Assembly: GCA_038921085.1 (NCBI GenBank)
Contig: JBCKXT010000003.1
Span: 31,708-95,707 of the forward strand
DNA from: Sphingopyxis sp.
GTDB lineage: Bacteria > Pseudomonadota > Alphaproteobacteria > Sphingomonadales > Sphingomonadaceae
Length of the DNA: 64,000 nucleotides
Reading direction: 5' to 3'
The notes below the pieces were generated by a model. It saw nothing but the letters and a program-made list of their open reading frames with translations. It was not told the origin of the DNA and ran no database searches. Below are positions 8,091 through 16,769 of this stretch, in pieces (the first letter of the stretch is position 1; every line of letters begins with the position of its first letter). Position numbers and translations under genes: made by a program.

Positions 8091-9914
8091 ATGTGCGGAA
8101 TTATCGGAATTGTTGGCAAAGCCCCCGTTGCAGACCGTCTGGTCGATGGCCTCAAGCGGATGGAATACCGCGGTTATGATAGCGCGGGCGTGTGCACCGT
8201 TGATGGCGGCCAGCTGATCCGCAGGCGGGCAGAGGGCAAGCTCGCCAATCTGGTCAAGGAACTGGCGGGCAACCCCGCGCCGGGCAATATCGGTATCGCC
8301 CACACCCGCTGGGCGACGCATGGCGCGCCGACCACCAGCAATGCGCACCCCCATGCCACCGGCGAAGTCGCTCTCGTTCACAACGGCATCATCGAGAATT
8401 TCAAACCGCTGCGCGATGCGCTGATTGCACGTGGCCGCAGGTTCGAGAGCGAGACCGATACCGAGGTTGTCGCCCATTTGCTCAGTGAACAGGTCGAGGC
8501 CGGCCTGTCTCCGATCGATGCGGTCAAGGCGGTGCTGCCGCAATTGCGCGGGGCCTTCGCACTCGCCATCGCCTTTCGTAGCCATGACGACATGTTAATC
8601 GGGGCCAGACTGGGGTCGCCGCTGGTGGTCGGCTATGGTGAGGGCGAAACTTACCTCGGTTCGGACGCGCTCGCGCTGGCCCCGCTGACCCAGCAGATCG
8701 CCTATCTGGAGGAGGGCGACTGGGTCGTCATCACCCGCGATGGGGCGGCGATATTTGACCGCGACAACAACCCCGTCACCCGCGAAATCACGACCTCGGG
8801 CGTCTCGGCGGCGACCATTGAAAAGGGCAATTACCGCCACTTCATGCAAAAGGAAATCTTTGAACAACCGACCGTCGTCGCGCAAACCCTGCAAAGCTAC
8901 ATCCGCCCGCTTGAGCAACAGGTCGCGCTGCCGCAGATGGACTTTGACCTGTCCGCGATAAGGCGCATCACCATCGTCGCGTGCGGCACGTCTTATTATG
9001 CGGGCATGGTCGCCAAATACTGGATTGAGCAATTCGCCCGGGTTCCCGTTGACCTCGATTTCGCGAGCGAGTTCCGTTACCGTGACCCGGTGCTGGAGGA
9101 AGGCGGGCTGGCGCTGTTCATCTCGCAATCGGGGGAAACGGCGGACACGCTGGCCGCGCTCAAACATTGCAAGGACAATGGCCAAAAGATCGCAGTCGTG
9201 GTCAATGTCCCGACGTCGAGCATGGCCCGCGAAGCGGACCTGTTGCTGCCGACGCATGCCGGTCCTGAAATCGGCGTCGCCTCGACCAAGGCATTTACCT
9301 GTCAGCTCGCCGTGCTCGCCGCGCTCGCCGCGCATCTGGCGGTGGTCAAGGGCAAGATGAGCCGGGCGCAGGAACGCGAAGTGGTCGAACATCTGACCGA
9401 GGCTCCCGCCGCGCTCAACGCTGCGCTGGCCCATGATGATGACATTGCGGCAATGGCGCACCTCATCGCCCCGGCGCGTGACGTGCTCTATCTGGGGCGC
9501 GGTGCGGATTATCCGATGGCGCTGGAGGGGGCGCTGAAACTCAAGGAAATCAGCTACATCCATGCGGAGGGTTATGCTGCGGGCGAAATGAAGCACGGGC
9601 CGATTGCGCTGATCGACGAAGCCGTGCCGGTGATCGTCATCGCGCCGTCCGGGCCGCTGTTTGAAAAAACCGTCAGCAATATGCAGGAAGTGCGCGCGCG
9701 CGGCGGCAAGGTGGTGCTGATCAGCGACGCGGAGGGCATCGCCGAGGCTGGCGAAGGCTGTATGGCGACCATCGAAATGCCAAAGGTCCACCCGCTGATC
9801 GCGCCGATTGTCTATGCGGTGCCGGTGCAGCTGCTGGCGTATCATGTGGCGTGCATCAAGGGCACGGACGTGGACCAGCCGCGCAATTTGGCGAAAAGCG
9901 TGACGGTGGAGTAG
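8091..9914 (+). CDS. glmS: Glutamine-fructose-6-phosphate aminotransferase
   Basis: N-terminal MCGIIG, HTRWATHG, C-terminal DQPRNLAKSVTVE. Confidence 0.98.
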   Translation: MCGIIGIVGKAPVADRLVDGLKRMEYRGYDSAGVCTVDGGQLIRRRAEGKLANLVKELAGNPAPGNIGIAHTRWATHGAPTTSNAHPHATGEVALVHNGIIENFKPLRDALIARGRRFESETDTEVVAHLLSEQVEAGLSPIDAVKAVLPQLRGAFALAIAFRSHDDMLIGARLGSPLVVGYGEGETYLGSDALALAPLTQQIAYLEEGDWVVITRDGAAIFDRDNNPVTREITTSGVSAATIEKGNYRHFMQKEIFEQPTVVAQTLQSYIRPLEQQVALPQMDFDLSAIRRITIVACGTSYYAGMVAKYWIEQFARVPVDLDFASEFRYRDPVLEEGGLALFISQSGETADTLAALKHCKDNGQKIAVVVNVPTSSMAREADLLLPTHAGPEIGVASTKAFTCQLAVLAALAAHLAVVKGKMSRAQEREVVEHLTEAPAALNAALAHDDDIAAMAHLIAPARDVLYLGRGADYPMALEGALKLKEISYIHAEGYAAGEMKHGPIALIDEAVPVIVIAPSGPLFEKTVSNMQEVRARGGKVVLISDAEGIAEAGEGCMATIEMPKVHPLIAPIVYAVPVQLLAYHVACIKGTDVDQPRNLAKSVTVE

Positions 9915-9920
9915 GGTCGG

Positions 9921-10010
9921 CCCCCTCTCCCCTCTCCAACTACGCCTAATTCCCCCGGATCAAGTTCGGGGTCATAAGTCTGACGTATCCTCTCCCGCGA
10001 GGGGAGAGGG
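9921..10010. repeat. CCCTCTCCC...GGGAGAGGG palindromic element with a nested CCCCGGATCAAGTTCGGGG REP
   Basis: Terminal ccccctctcc / ggggagaggg; internal ccccggatcaagttcggggtca resembles the REP at 26048-26118. Confidence 0.7.
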
Positions 10011-10058
10011 CAGCGCTGGGTGGGCGGTAACCCGCTCCGTCATTGCGAACCAAGCACC

Positions 10059-11426
10059 CTAGGCGGGTTCCAGCAACAACGGCATGCCGCCACGCGGGCG
10101 CAGGGTCACTGCGCCGACCGGATCAGGGCGGAACCCGGGGGGCAGGGTAAAGCGGCGCGCATCGAGCCAGCGCGCCAGTATGAGCAGCGCCTCCATCGTC
10201 GCAAAGCGTGCGCCGATGCAGACACGCGGCCCCCCGCCAAAGGGAATATACTGGAACCTGTGCTGCGCGCCCTTGGCCTCTGGCGCAAAGCGTGTGTGGT
10301 CGAACCGGTCGGGCTGATCCCACAGCTTTCGGTGGCGGTGGATGATCCATGGCCAGATCGACACCAGATCGCCCTTTTCGACCGGAGTGCCCGCCAGCAC
10401 GTCATCGTCCGTCGCCTCGCGGTCAAAGCGCGGCGCGGGCGGATAGAGCCGCATCGTTTCCTCCAATATCTGGCGCAGCAGCACTAGTTGGTCGAGCCGT
10501 GCCTCGGGTGCCAGCGTCAGCGCGGCGCGTGCCTCGGCTCGCGCTTCATCCTGCAATGCGGGCTGTGCTGCGAGGCAATAGCTGGTCCAGGCGAGCGCGT
10601 TTGCCGTCGTCTCATGCCCCGCGACATAAAAGGTAATCGCATTGTCAACCGCTAGTGCTGCGGCTTGGTCTGCGGGAAACTGGGCGTGGAGTGCGCGGAT
10701 CAACCCGCCAAAGAAATCATCACGCATTTCGGCATTGCCGCCATCCGGCCCGCGTTCGCGCACCAGATCGGACAGGGTCGAACGCAGCCATGCCCGACTT
10801 TGCCGGGCGCGGCGCATGGTCAGGCTGGGATCCCAGTCCTGCACCCCCAGCAAGGTGGTAAGGCGCGCCTGCCCCGACGCCATGACCAGATTTTCGATAT
10901 GTTGGCTGGCTGCCGGGCTGGTCAGCCGCGCATCGCCAGCAAACAGGCTGTTGGCGATGATCGCCATGGTCGTGCGGGTTGCCGCTGCTGCCATGTCGAC
11001 CCGCGTCCGGCCAGCGGGCCAGCGGGTGATGTCATCCAGTGCGGCGGCGTCCATCGTCCCGGCCATCTGCGCGACCGCTGCGGGGGCAAAGCTGGGTGCG
11101 ATAATCCGCCGCTGTTTACGCCAGTCTTCCCCCTCGGCGCTGAGCAATCCGTTGCCGAGCAGCGGCGACAATATCCGCTGGACGATGCGCGGTCGCAGGT
11201 AATTCGCCTTGTTGCCCAGCAACACCCGCTCAACCGCGTCCGGGTCCGAGACAATATGGACGGTTAAGCCGAGCACCTTGCGGGTGCGGATAGGCACATC
11301 AAATGCAGGCTCTGCTATGCCATAGATGGAATTGCGCAATCGCTCGCCCCAGAATCCGCGCCATGTCGGCACCCAATCGGGTGTGCGCATTGGCTGGACG
11401 GGAATAAAGGGCGCGGTGGTCGCCAT
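10059..11426 (-). CDS. Cytochrome P450
   Basis: I-helix AGHETT, K-helix ETMR, heme motif FGGGPRVCIG; probable start MATTAP at 11426. Confidence 0.95.
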   Translation of the reverse strand: MATTAPFIPVQPMRTPDWVPTWRGFWGERLRNSIYGIAEPAFDVPIRTRKVLGLTVHIVSDPDAVERVLLGNKANYLRPRIVQRILSPLLGNGLLSAEGEDWRKQRRIIAPSFAPAAVAQMAGTMDAAALDDITRWPAGRTRVDMAAAATRTTMAIIANSLFAGDARLTSPAASQHIENLVMASGQARLTTLLGVQDWDPSLTMRRARQSRAWLRSTLSDLVRERGPDGGNAEMRDDFFGGLIRALHAQFPADQAAALAVDNAITFYVAGHETTANALAWTSYCLAAQPALQDEARAEARAALTLAPEARLDQLVLLRQILEETMRLYPPAPRFDREATDDDVLAGTPVEKGDLVSIWPWIIHRHRKLWDQPDRFDHTRFAPEAKGAQHRFQYIPFGGGPRVCIGARFATMEALLILARWLDARRFTLPPGFRPDPVGAVTLRPRGGMPLLLEPA

Positions 11427-11527
11427 GGCGATATGTTTAGACCCGGTTGCATTTTGATGGAAGCACAATACGCGCTGGCGCGGTGTTATCCGCCATGCGC
11501 AGCACATCTGCTCCACCCCCTCCCTTT

Positions 11528-11630
11528 CGTCACCCTGAATTTATTTCAGGGTCCATGGTCTGAGGGTGCCGCGATCGCGGCGCTTCCGGTAAGGATGGGC
11601 CATGGATGCTGAAACAAGTTCAGCATGACG
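11528..11630. repeat. CGTC-type REP inverted doublet
   Basis: CGTCACCCTGAATTTATTTCAGGGTCC ... GGATGCTGAAACAAGTTCAGCATGACG. Confidence 0.85.
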
Positions 11631-11653
11631 ATGTGGTTTATTGCACTCCACCA

Positions 11654-11686
11654 CCGCTAGCGCCTGCGCTAGGGGAAGCGAGACAA
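11654..11686 (+). repeat. Hairpin+GGGAAGCGAGA mini-repeat (intergenic copy)
   Basis: CTAGCG-CCTG-CGCTAG followed by GGGAAGCGAGA. Confidence 0.8.
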
Positions 11687-11725
11687 AACTCCACTAGACC
11701 ATGCTCCGTTCCACTCGAAATCGCT

Positions 11726-12823
11726 CTAACCTATCTTGCTGACCCAGCCATGCGGATCGGGGGCAAGTCCGCGCTGGATGGCGACGAGGCGCTGCTTCAG
11801 CCGCTGCGTCGTCTGGCCCGGCCCACCGCCGCCAATGATCGCTTCAAAGCCCTGACCGCTGACGCTGGCAACCGGGGTGATTACCGCAGCGGTACCACAG
11901 GCGAAACATTCGACCAGCCGCCCGCTCGCGGCATCAGCGCGCCATTGATCGATGCTATAGCGTTGCTCGCGCACCACCAGCCCCTCTGCGCGGGCCATGG
12001 TGATCAGGCTGTCGCGGGTGATCCCGGGCAAGATTGTGCCGTCGAGCGGCGGGGTCACCATGCTGCCATCGTCAAACACAAAGAACAGGTTCATTCCGCC
12101 CAGTTCCTCGACATAGCGGCGTTCTGTGGCATCCAGGAACACGACCTGGTCAAACCCTTGGGCAGCGGCCGACTGTAATGTGCGCAGTGATGCGGCATAA
12201 TTGCCGCCGCATTTGGCTGCACCTGTGCCACCGGGGGCGGCGCGGCTGTCGGTTTCGGACACCAGCAAGCGGATGCCCGGCCCCCCGGTTTTGAAGTAAT
12301 TGCCGGCGGCTGCAGCGATCACGAGGAACAGATATTCGGCGCTGGGCTTGACCCCCAAAAACACTTCGGAGGCAAACATGAATGGCCGCAAATAAATCGA
12401 TCCGCCTTCTATCGCCGGGAACCAGTCGCGGTCGATCCGGACCAGTTGGTGGCAGGCCTCGAGAAACAATGGCTCGGGAAGGTCGGGCATCGCCATCCGC
12501 CGGGCCGAAGCATTAAAGCGGCGGGCGTTGGCATCTGGCCGGAACAGCGCCATCGCTCCGTCATCAAGCCGGTACGCCTTTAGCCCCTCGAAAATCTCCT
12601 GCGCATAGTGAAACACCGCCGCCGCAGGGTCGAGGCTGATAGGGACGCGCGCAGTTATCCGGGGATCGTGCCAACCGGTCCCCTCGCGATAGTGGATGAT
12701 CGCCATATGGTCGGTAAACACCTTGCCAAATCCGGGATCGGCCAGGCGCTGCGCACGGACATCCGCTGGCACTTTGTTTGCAGCAGGTTCAATGACGAAG
12801 GCGGGCAAAGCAGTGGACGACAT
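11726..12823 (-). CDS. ilvE: Branched-chain amino acid aminotransferase
   Basis: FHYAQEIFEGLKAY, AKCGGNY, EELGGMN, ILPGITR, GTAAVITP. Confidence 0.95.
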   Translation of the reverse strand: MSSTALPAFVIEPAANKVPADVRAQRLADPGFGKVFTDHMAIIHYREGTGWHDPRITARVPISLDPAAAVFHYAQEIFEGLKAYRLDDGAMALFRPDANARRFNASARRMAMPDLPEPLFLEACHQLVRIDRDWFPAIEGGSIYLRPFMFASEVFLGVKPSAEYLFLVIAAAAGNYFKTGGPGIRLLVSETDSRAAPGGTGAAKCGGNYAASLRTLQSAAAQGFDQVVFLDATERRYVEELGGMNLFFVFDDGSMVTPPLDGTILPGITRDSLITMARAEGLVVREQRYSIDQWRADAASGRLVECFACGTAAVITPVASVSGQGFEAIIGGGGPGQTTQRLKQRLVAIQRGLAPDPHGWVSKIG

Positions 12824-12955
12824 GGCGGGGCCTTTGGTTGGGGTTGTTTGCTGCGGTTAGCGCAGCGTGCGCTATCGGGTCAACCAACGCGGGGGCAATC
12901 GGGTGCTGCTGCACGGGACTTGCGCTGCTCCCCGCTTCATGGTCAGGATGCAGCG

Positions 12956-13489
12956 ATGACCCGAACAAGCCGGCCCGTCACCGATGATTATGACCTTGCC
13001 CGCCAGCGTGTGGCGGCATCGCCATTGTTTCTGCGCGATGCCGAGATTCAGCGCGGGGTTGCGCTGTTGCTGCTCGGTCAATCGCACCTGTTGCGGAGCA
13101 TCGATCTATTGCTGCGCGATGCCGGAATTGGCCGTGCCCATTTTCGCCTTTTGGGGCATGTTGTGCAATGGCCCGGACTTGCCATGGGCGATCTCATCGC
13201 CCTGTCGGGCACCAGCAAACAGGCGCTGAGCCGGGTTGCGCGCGATCTGACCGTGCGCGAGTTGATCGAGGTTACCCCCGGCAAGCGCGACCGGCGGCGG
13301 CGAGAATTGCGCCCGACAGCTGCTGGTCTAGCGCTTGAAGCGCGGCTGTCCGCTGTCCTCAATGCTGCGATGACCGAGGCGTATTCAAGGGCCGGACAGG
13401 ATGCTGTCACAGGTTATTGGCGGGTGCTGGAGGGGCTGTTGCCGGTCGCTGCCCATGCCCATTTCGCCGACCTAGTGCGCCGCAGGTAG
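12956..13489 (+). CDS. MarR-family transcriptional regulator
   Basis: GIGRAHFR...SKQALSRVARDL...DRRRRELRPT; divergent from ilvE. Confidence 0.85.
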   Translation: MTRTSRPVTDDYDLARQRVAASPLFLRDAEIQRGVALLLLGQSHLLRSIDLLLRDAGIGRAHFRLLGHVVQWPGLAMGDLIALSGTSKQALSRVARDLTVRELIEVTPGKRDRRRRELRPTAAGLALEARLSAVLNAAMTEAYSRAGQDAVTGYWRVLEGLLPVAAHAHFADLVRRR

Positions 13490-13491
13490 TC

Positions 13492-14310
13492 CTAGCGCAT
13501 TGCTGCTGCCAATTCCCGCCCCCGGTCTCGCGCAGCGCGCAGCGTTTCGGCCAGCAATGTCGCCAGCCGTCCATCACTGTCGAGCACGTCAAGCCCGGCC
13601 TGGGTCATCCCGCCGGGGCTGGCCACTGCCGCTGCCATCGCCATCGGGCTTTGCTCGGAATTGGCCATTGACGCCGCCGCTCCGGCAACGGTCGCCCGCG
13701 CCAATGTGTCCGCATCCTTCTCGTTCAGGCCGAGACGTACCGCAGCTCCCGCCAGTGCCGAGACAAAGCGATAGACAAAGGCGGGACCGCAGCCGGTCAA
13801 CGCAGTCACCAGATTAAACCCCGCTTCGTCCTCCATCGCATGGACATGACCGAGTGGCGCGAGCAGCGCGGCAAGCTGTTTGGTCGCAGCTTGATGAGCC
13901 TCGCCAACCGAAATGACGACGCCGCGCCCCTCTGCGACCGGCAGATTGGGCATCACCCGGACAATCGACCCGGCATCAGGGATCGCTAATTTCAGGTCCT
14001 CCAGCATAATCCCGGCCATGATCGAAATGACCAATGTGCCGGGGCCAGCAAGGGCTGCGATCTGGTCGGCGACGGCGGGGAATTGTTGTGGCTTGACCCC
14101 GATCACCAGGACCTGGGGCTGGGCAATCAGGCCAGGTGCCTTTTTCGTCAGCACCCCGCCAGGAGCGGGCGCGCCGCTGGGTCGGATAGCGAGCACCTGC
14201 TCACCCGGCAAGCCGCTGTCGAGCCAGCGGGTCAGCATCGCCCCGGCCATGGTACCGCAGCCAAATAGCAATAATTCGCCGTCAAAACGGGAAAGCGGGG
14301 AGAGTGTCAT
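13492..14310 (-). CDS. proC: Pyrroline-5-carboxylate reductase
   Basis: GCGTMAGA, VKPQ, VRVMPN, TGCGPAF, VASPGGMT. Confidence 0.93.
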   Translation of the reverse strand: MTLSPLSRFDGELLLFGCGTMAGAMLTRWLDSGLPGEQVLAIRPSGAPAPGGVLTKKAPGLIAQPQVLVIGVKPQQFPAVADQIAALAGPGTLVISIMAGIMLEDLKLAIPDAGSIVRVMPNLPVAEGRGVVISVGEAHQAATKQLAALLAPLGHVHAMEDEAGFNLVTALTGCGPAFVYRFVSALAGAAVRLGLNEKDADTLARATVAGAAASMANSEQSPMAMAAAVASPGGMTQAGLDVLDSDGRLATLLAETLRAARDRGRELAAAMR

Positions 14311-14338
14311 AGCGATTCCTGCTGTTGTTTCTATTTTA

Positions 14339-14848
14339 TCACGCTTCGCCGCGGGTTTCGATCAGGGCTGCGGCTATCGCCTCGCTGGCGGATTTTCCAC
14401 CCCACAAGACAAATTGAAACACTGGATAAAAGCGCTCGCATTCGTCGATCGCGGTTTGCACCAAAGTTTCTACCATATCCAAGGTCAACTGGGTTTCACT
14501 GTCGAGCAAGGTCGCATGGCGGTATAATATCATCCCGCTGCTCGCCCAATGTTCGAAATGGCCCATCCATAATTGCTCGTTGATCAGCGACAGTGCTTCA
14601 AACACGGCGGCGCGCCGCTCCTCGACAATTTTTATCTCGGGGAACAGCAGCAATTGCAGGACATTGTCGTCGCGCCGCCACACCCCGCGCAGTTCATAAC
14701 TGGTCCAACTGCCCTGGACATTGGTGACAATCTCATCCTCGCCGACCGGCTCATTGGGCCAGCCATGCGCGTCGAAATAGCGCGCCAGCATGTCCATAGG
14801 TTCGCCGCCATCGTCATCTTCGTCGCTGGTAAAGTCGTGGCCGGTCAT
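14339..14848 (-). CDS. YbjN-domain protein
   Basis: LINEQLWMGHFEHW...ECERFYPVFQFVLWGGKS; probable start MTGHDF. Confidence 0.85.
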   Translation of the reverse strand: MTGHDFTSDEDDDGGEPMDMLARYFDAHGWPNEPVGEDEIVTNVQGSWTSYELRGVWRRDDNVLQLLLFPEIKIVEERRAAVFEALSLINEQLWMGHFEHWASSGMILYRHATLLDSETQLTLDMVETLVQTAIDECERFYPVFQFVLWGGKSASEAIAAALIETRGEA

Positions 14849-14870
14849 GGTCTGATTGCCTTGCTCGCGC

Positions 14871-15041
14871 CTAGTGGACCGATGCTGACATTTGCATTCC
14901 CTGTCGGACCTGTAGTGAGCAAATGTCAGAATCAAAAGGACCACTAGCAATACTAAGTTTCTAGTGGAGTTTTAATTTCAACATTCGCGAAACCTAAGTT
15001 TGCCGACAGCGGGATGCGAATGTTGAAATCACTCCACTAGG
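14871..15041. repeat. Double-hairpin CIR/RIME-like element with CTAGTGG...CCACTAG ends
   Basis: Arm 1: CTAGTGGACC..CTGACATTTGC..GCAAATGTCAG..GGACCACTAG. Arm 2: CTAGTGGAGT..ATTTCAACATTCGC..GCGAATGTTGAAATC.ACTCCACTAG. GAATC at 14929. Confidence 0.8.
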
Positions 15042-15077
15042 TCAGAGCGCAATGTTATGCGCCGGATTATTTGCCGA

Positions 15078-15365
15078 TTATCCCTTTGGCTTTTTCGGCG
15101 CCGCAGCCTTTGGCGCTGGCTTGGCCTTTGGCACGGCCTTGGTCGGCCCAGCAGCCTTGAGCGCGGCAATGTCGGAACGGGCCTGTGCCAGCATATCCTT
15201 GAGTGTTTCAAACTCGTCGCGGCTGACAAAATCCATTCCGCCGATGAATTCGCGAGCCCGTTCGCGGGCTGCACCCTGCGCCTCGCGAGCCATGCCGGAA
15301 AAAGTGCCCGCAGCCCCGTTCAGTGCTTTTGCCAGGTCTTCAAAGAATTTTTTCTGCGACTGCAT
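15078..15365 (-). CDS. ubiK: UbiK/BMFP-family accessory protein
   Basis: MQSQKKFFEDLAK...MDFVSRDEFE, followed by a coiled coil. Confidence 0.8.
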   Translation of the reverse strand: MQSQKKFFEDLAKALNGAAGTFSGMAREAQGAARERAREFIGGMDFVSRDEFETLKDMLAQARSDIAALKAAGPTKAVPKAKPAPKAAAPKKPKG

Positions 15366-15411
15366 GTTTTCTACTCCGGCACCCATCAGCGCGATCACTC
15401 ACACTGGTGGA

Positions 15412-15978
15412 TCAATAGCCCTGCCCATTACCAATATTGGCACTGACAGCAGGCGGTGCAAGGGTCTCGGCATCAGGATTGCGCTGATCGATCTGAAAAT
15501 TGAGGATCGCGGTAAAGCCCAGCCACACCAGACAGGGCAGCATCAACCACGCCGCAGCCTTGCGAATCCGGCCAAACAGGACGGTGGTGACAATCGCCGT
15601 GACCAATATGAACAGGGCCAGCCAAAACGCCGCAGTTACTTCGCGCATCCCAAAAAACAGCGGTGCCCACGCATAGTTGGCGAACAGCTGGACCCCAAAT
15701 ACAGTCATGGCGGCACCCCGTCCGGGCGCGCGGCGCGAATTGATAATCATCGCGATCGCAATCCCCATCATCGCGTAGAGCGTTGTCCAGGCGACCAAAA
15801 ACACCCAGTCTGGCGGGGTACCATCTGGCCGGTCGAGCGCGACAAACCAAGGGTTGGAAGAGCTAGCATTGGACAGGACGCGGATCAGGCTGCCGATGGC
15901 GACAATCGCAGGCACACACACCAATATCCAGCGCAGCAACGACATCCGCAATTGCCCGCTTGATGTAATTTCGTTCAT
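15412..15978 (-). CDS. tspO: TspO/MBR tryptophan-rich sensory protein
   Basis: WFVALDRP, PPDWVFLVAWTTLY, NYAWAPLFF, LMLPCLVWLGF. Confidence 0.9.
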   Translation of the reverse strand: MNEITSSGQLRMSLLRWILVCVPAIVAIGSLIRVLSNASSSNPWFVALDRPDGTPPDWVFLVAWTTLYAMMGIAIAMIINSRRAPGRGAAMTVFGVQLFANYAWAPLFFGMREVTAAFWLALFILVTAIVTTVLFGRIRKAAAWLMLPCLVWLGFTAILNFQIDQRNPDAETLAPPAVSANIGNGQGY

Positions 15979-16769
15979 TCCATGCCGTCCTTTGCTGCGT
16001 TGGTCCCGGCTGCGTTGGTCCCGGCTTCATCGCTGCCTCCTCGCATTGCAGCAAGCAGAAACTCGACATTGCCCTGTGGCCCGGTAATCGGGCTGGTAAT
16101 GACCGGCAGCGGCAGCCAGCCCTGTGCGCGCAGCCATAGGCTCGCGGCGTTGCAGACGCGCTCGTGCACGGCGCTGTCGCGCACCACCCCGTTTTTGCCA
16201 ATCTCGCCGCGCTCTGCTTCAAATTGCGGCTTGACCAGTGCCACCAGCCGCGCCTGGTCACTGGCAAAGCCCAGCGGCACCGCCAGCACTTTGGCGAGCG
16301 CAATAAAGCTGGCGTCACAGACAATTAGGTCAACGGGTTCGGGGATATGGGCGCTGGTCAATATCCGGGCGCTGGTTCGTTCATGGACGATGACGCGCGG
16401 GTCTTGGCGCAGGCTCCACGCTAGCTGGTTGGTGCCCGAATCAACCGCATAGACTCGCGCTGCGCCGCGATGGAGCAGCACATCGGTAAAGCCTCCGGTC
16501 GAGCTGCCGACATCCATCGCGACCGCAGCGGTCACATCCCAGCCCAGCAAGCCAAGCGCATGATCGAGCTTTATGCCGCCGCGTGACACCCATGGATGAT
16601 CGCGCCCTTTCAGGGTCAGTACAGCATCGGCGGGGAACATCTGGCCCGCCTTTGCAATTTTATGCTCGCCAGCAAAGGCATGGCCGCCCATAATCAATGC
16701 TTGCGCCCTGGTCCGGCTGTCGGCCAGACCCATCTCGACCAAGCGCTGGTCGGCACGGATTTTTGTCAT
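15975..16769 (-). CDS. tlyA: TlyA-family rRNA methyltransferase (S4 + FtsJ domains)
   Basis: WVSRGGIKL, DVGSSTGGFTD, CDASFI, LVKPQFE, SPITGPQGNVEF. Confidence 0.95.
   Translation of the reverse strand: MTKIRADQRLVEMGLADSRTRAQALIMGGHAFAGEHKIAKAGQMFPADAVLTLKGRDHPWVSRGGIKLDHALGLLGWDVTAAVAMDVGSSTGGFTDVLLHRGAARVYAVDSGTNQLAWSLRQDPRVIVHERTSARILTSAHIPEPVDLIVCDASFIALAKVLAVPLGFASDQARLVALVKPQFEAERGEIGKNGVVRDSAVHERVCNAASLWLRAQGWLPLPVITSPITGPQGNVEFLLAAMRGGSDEAGTNAAGTNAAKDGME

Noticed and set aside
9914-10060. Tn7 insertion at attTn7 downstream of glmS
   Set aside because: No Tn7 end or tns genes; only a palindromic repeat and the end of the P450 gene.
15994-16026. 15-bp tandem duplication in the tlyA tail (AGTNA x2)
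   Set aside because: Real, but a trivial slippage duplication in a non-conserved C-terminus.
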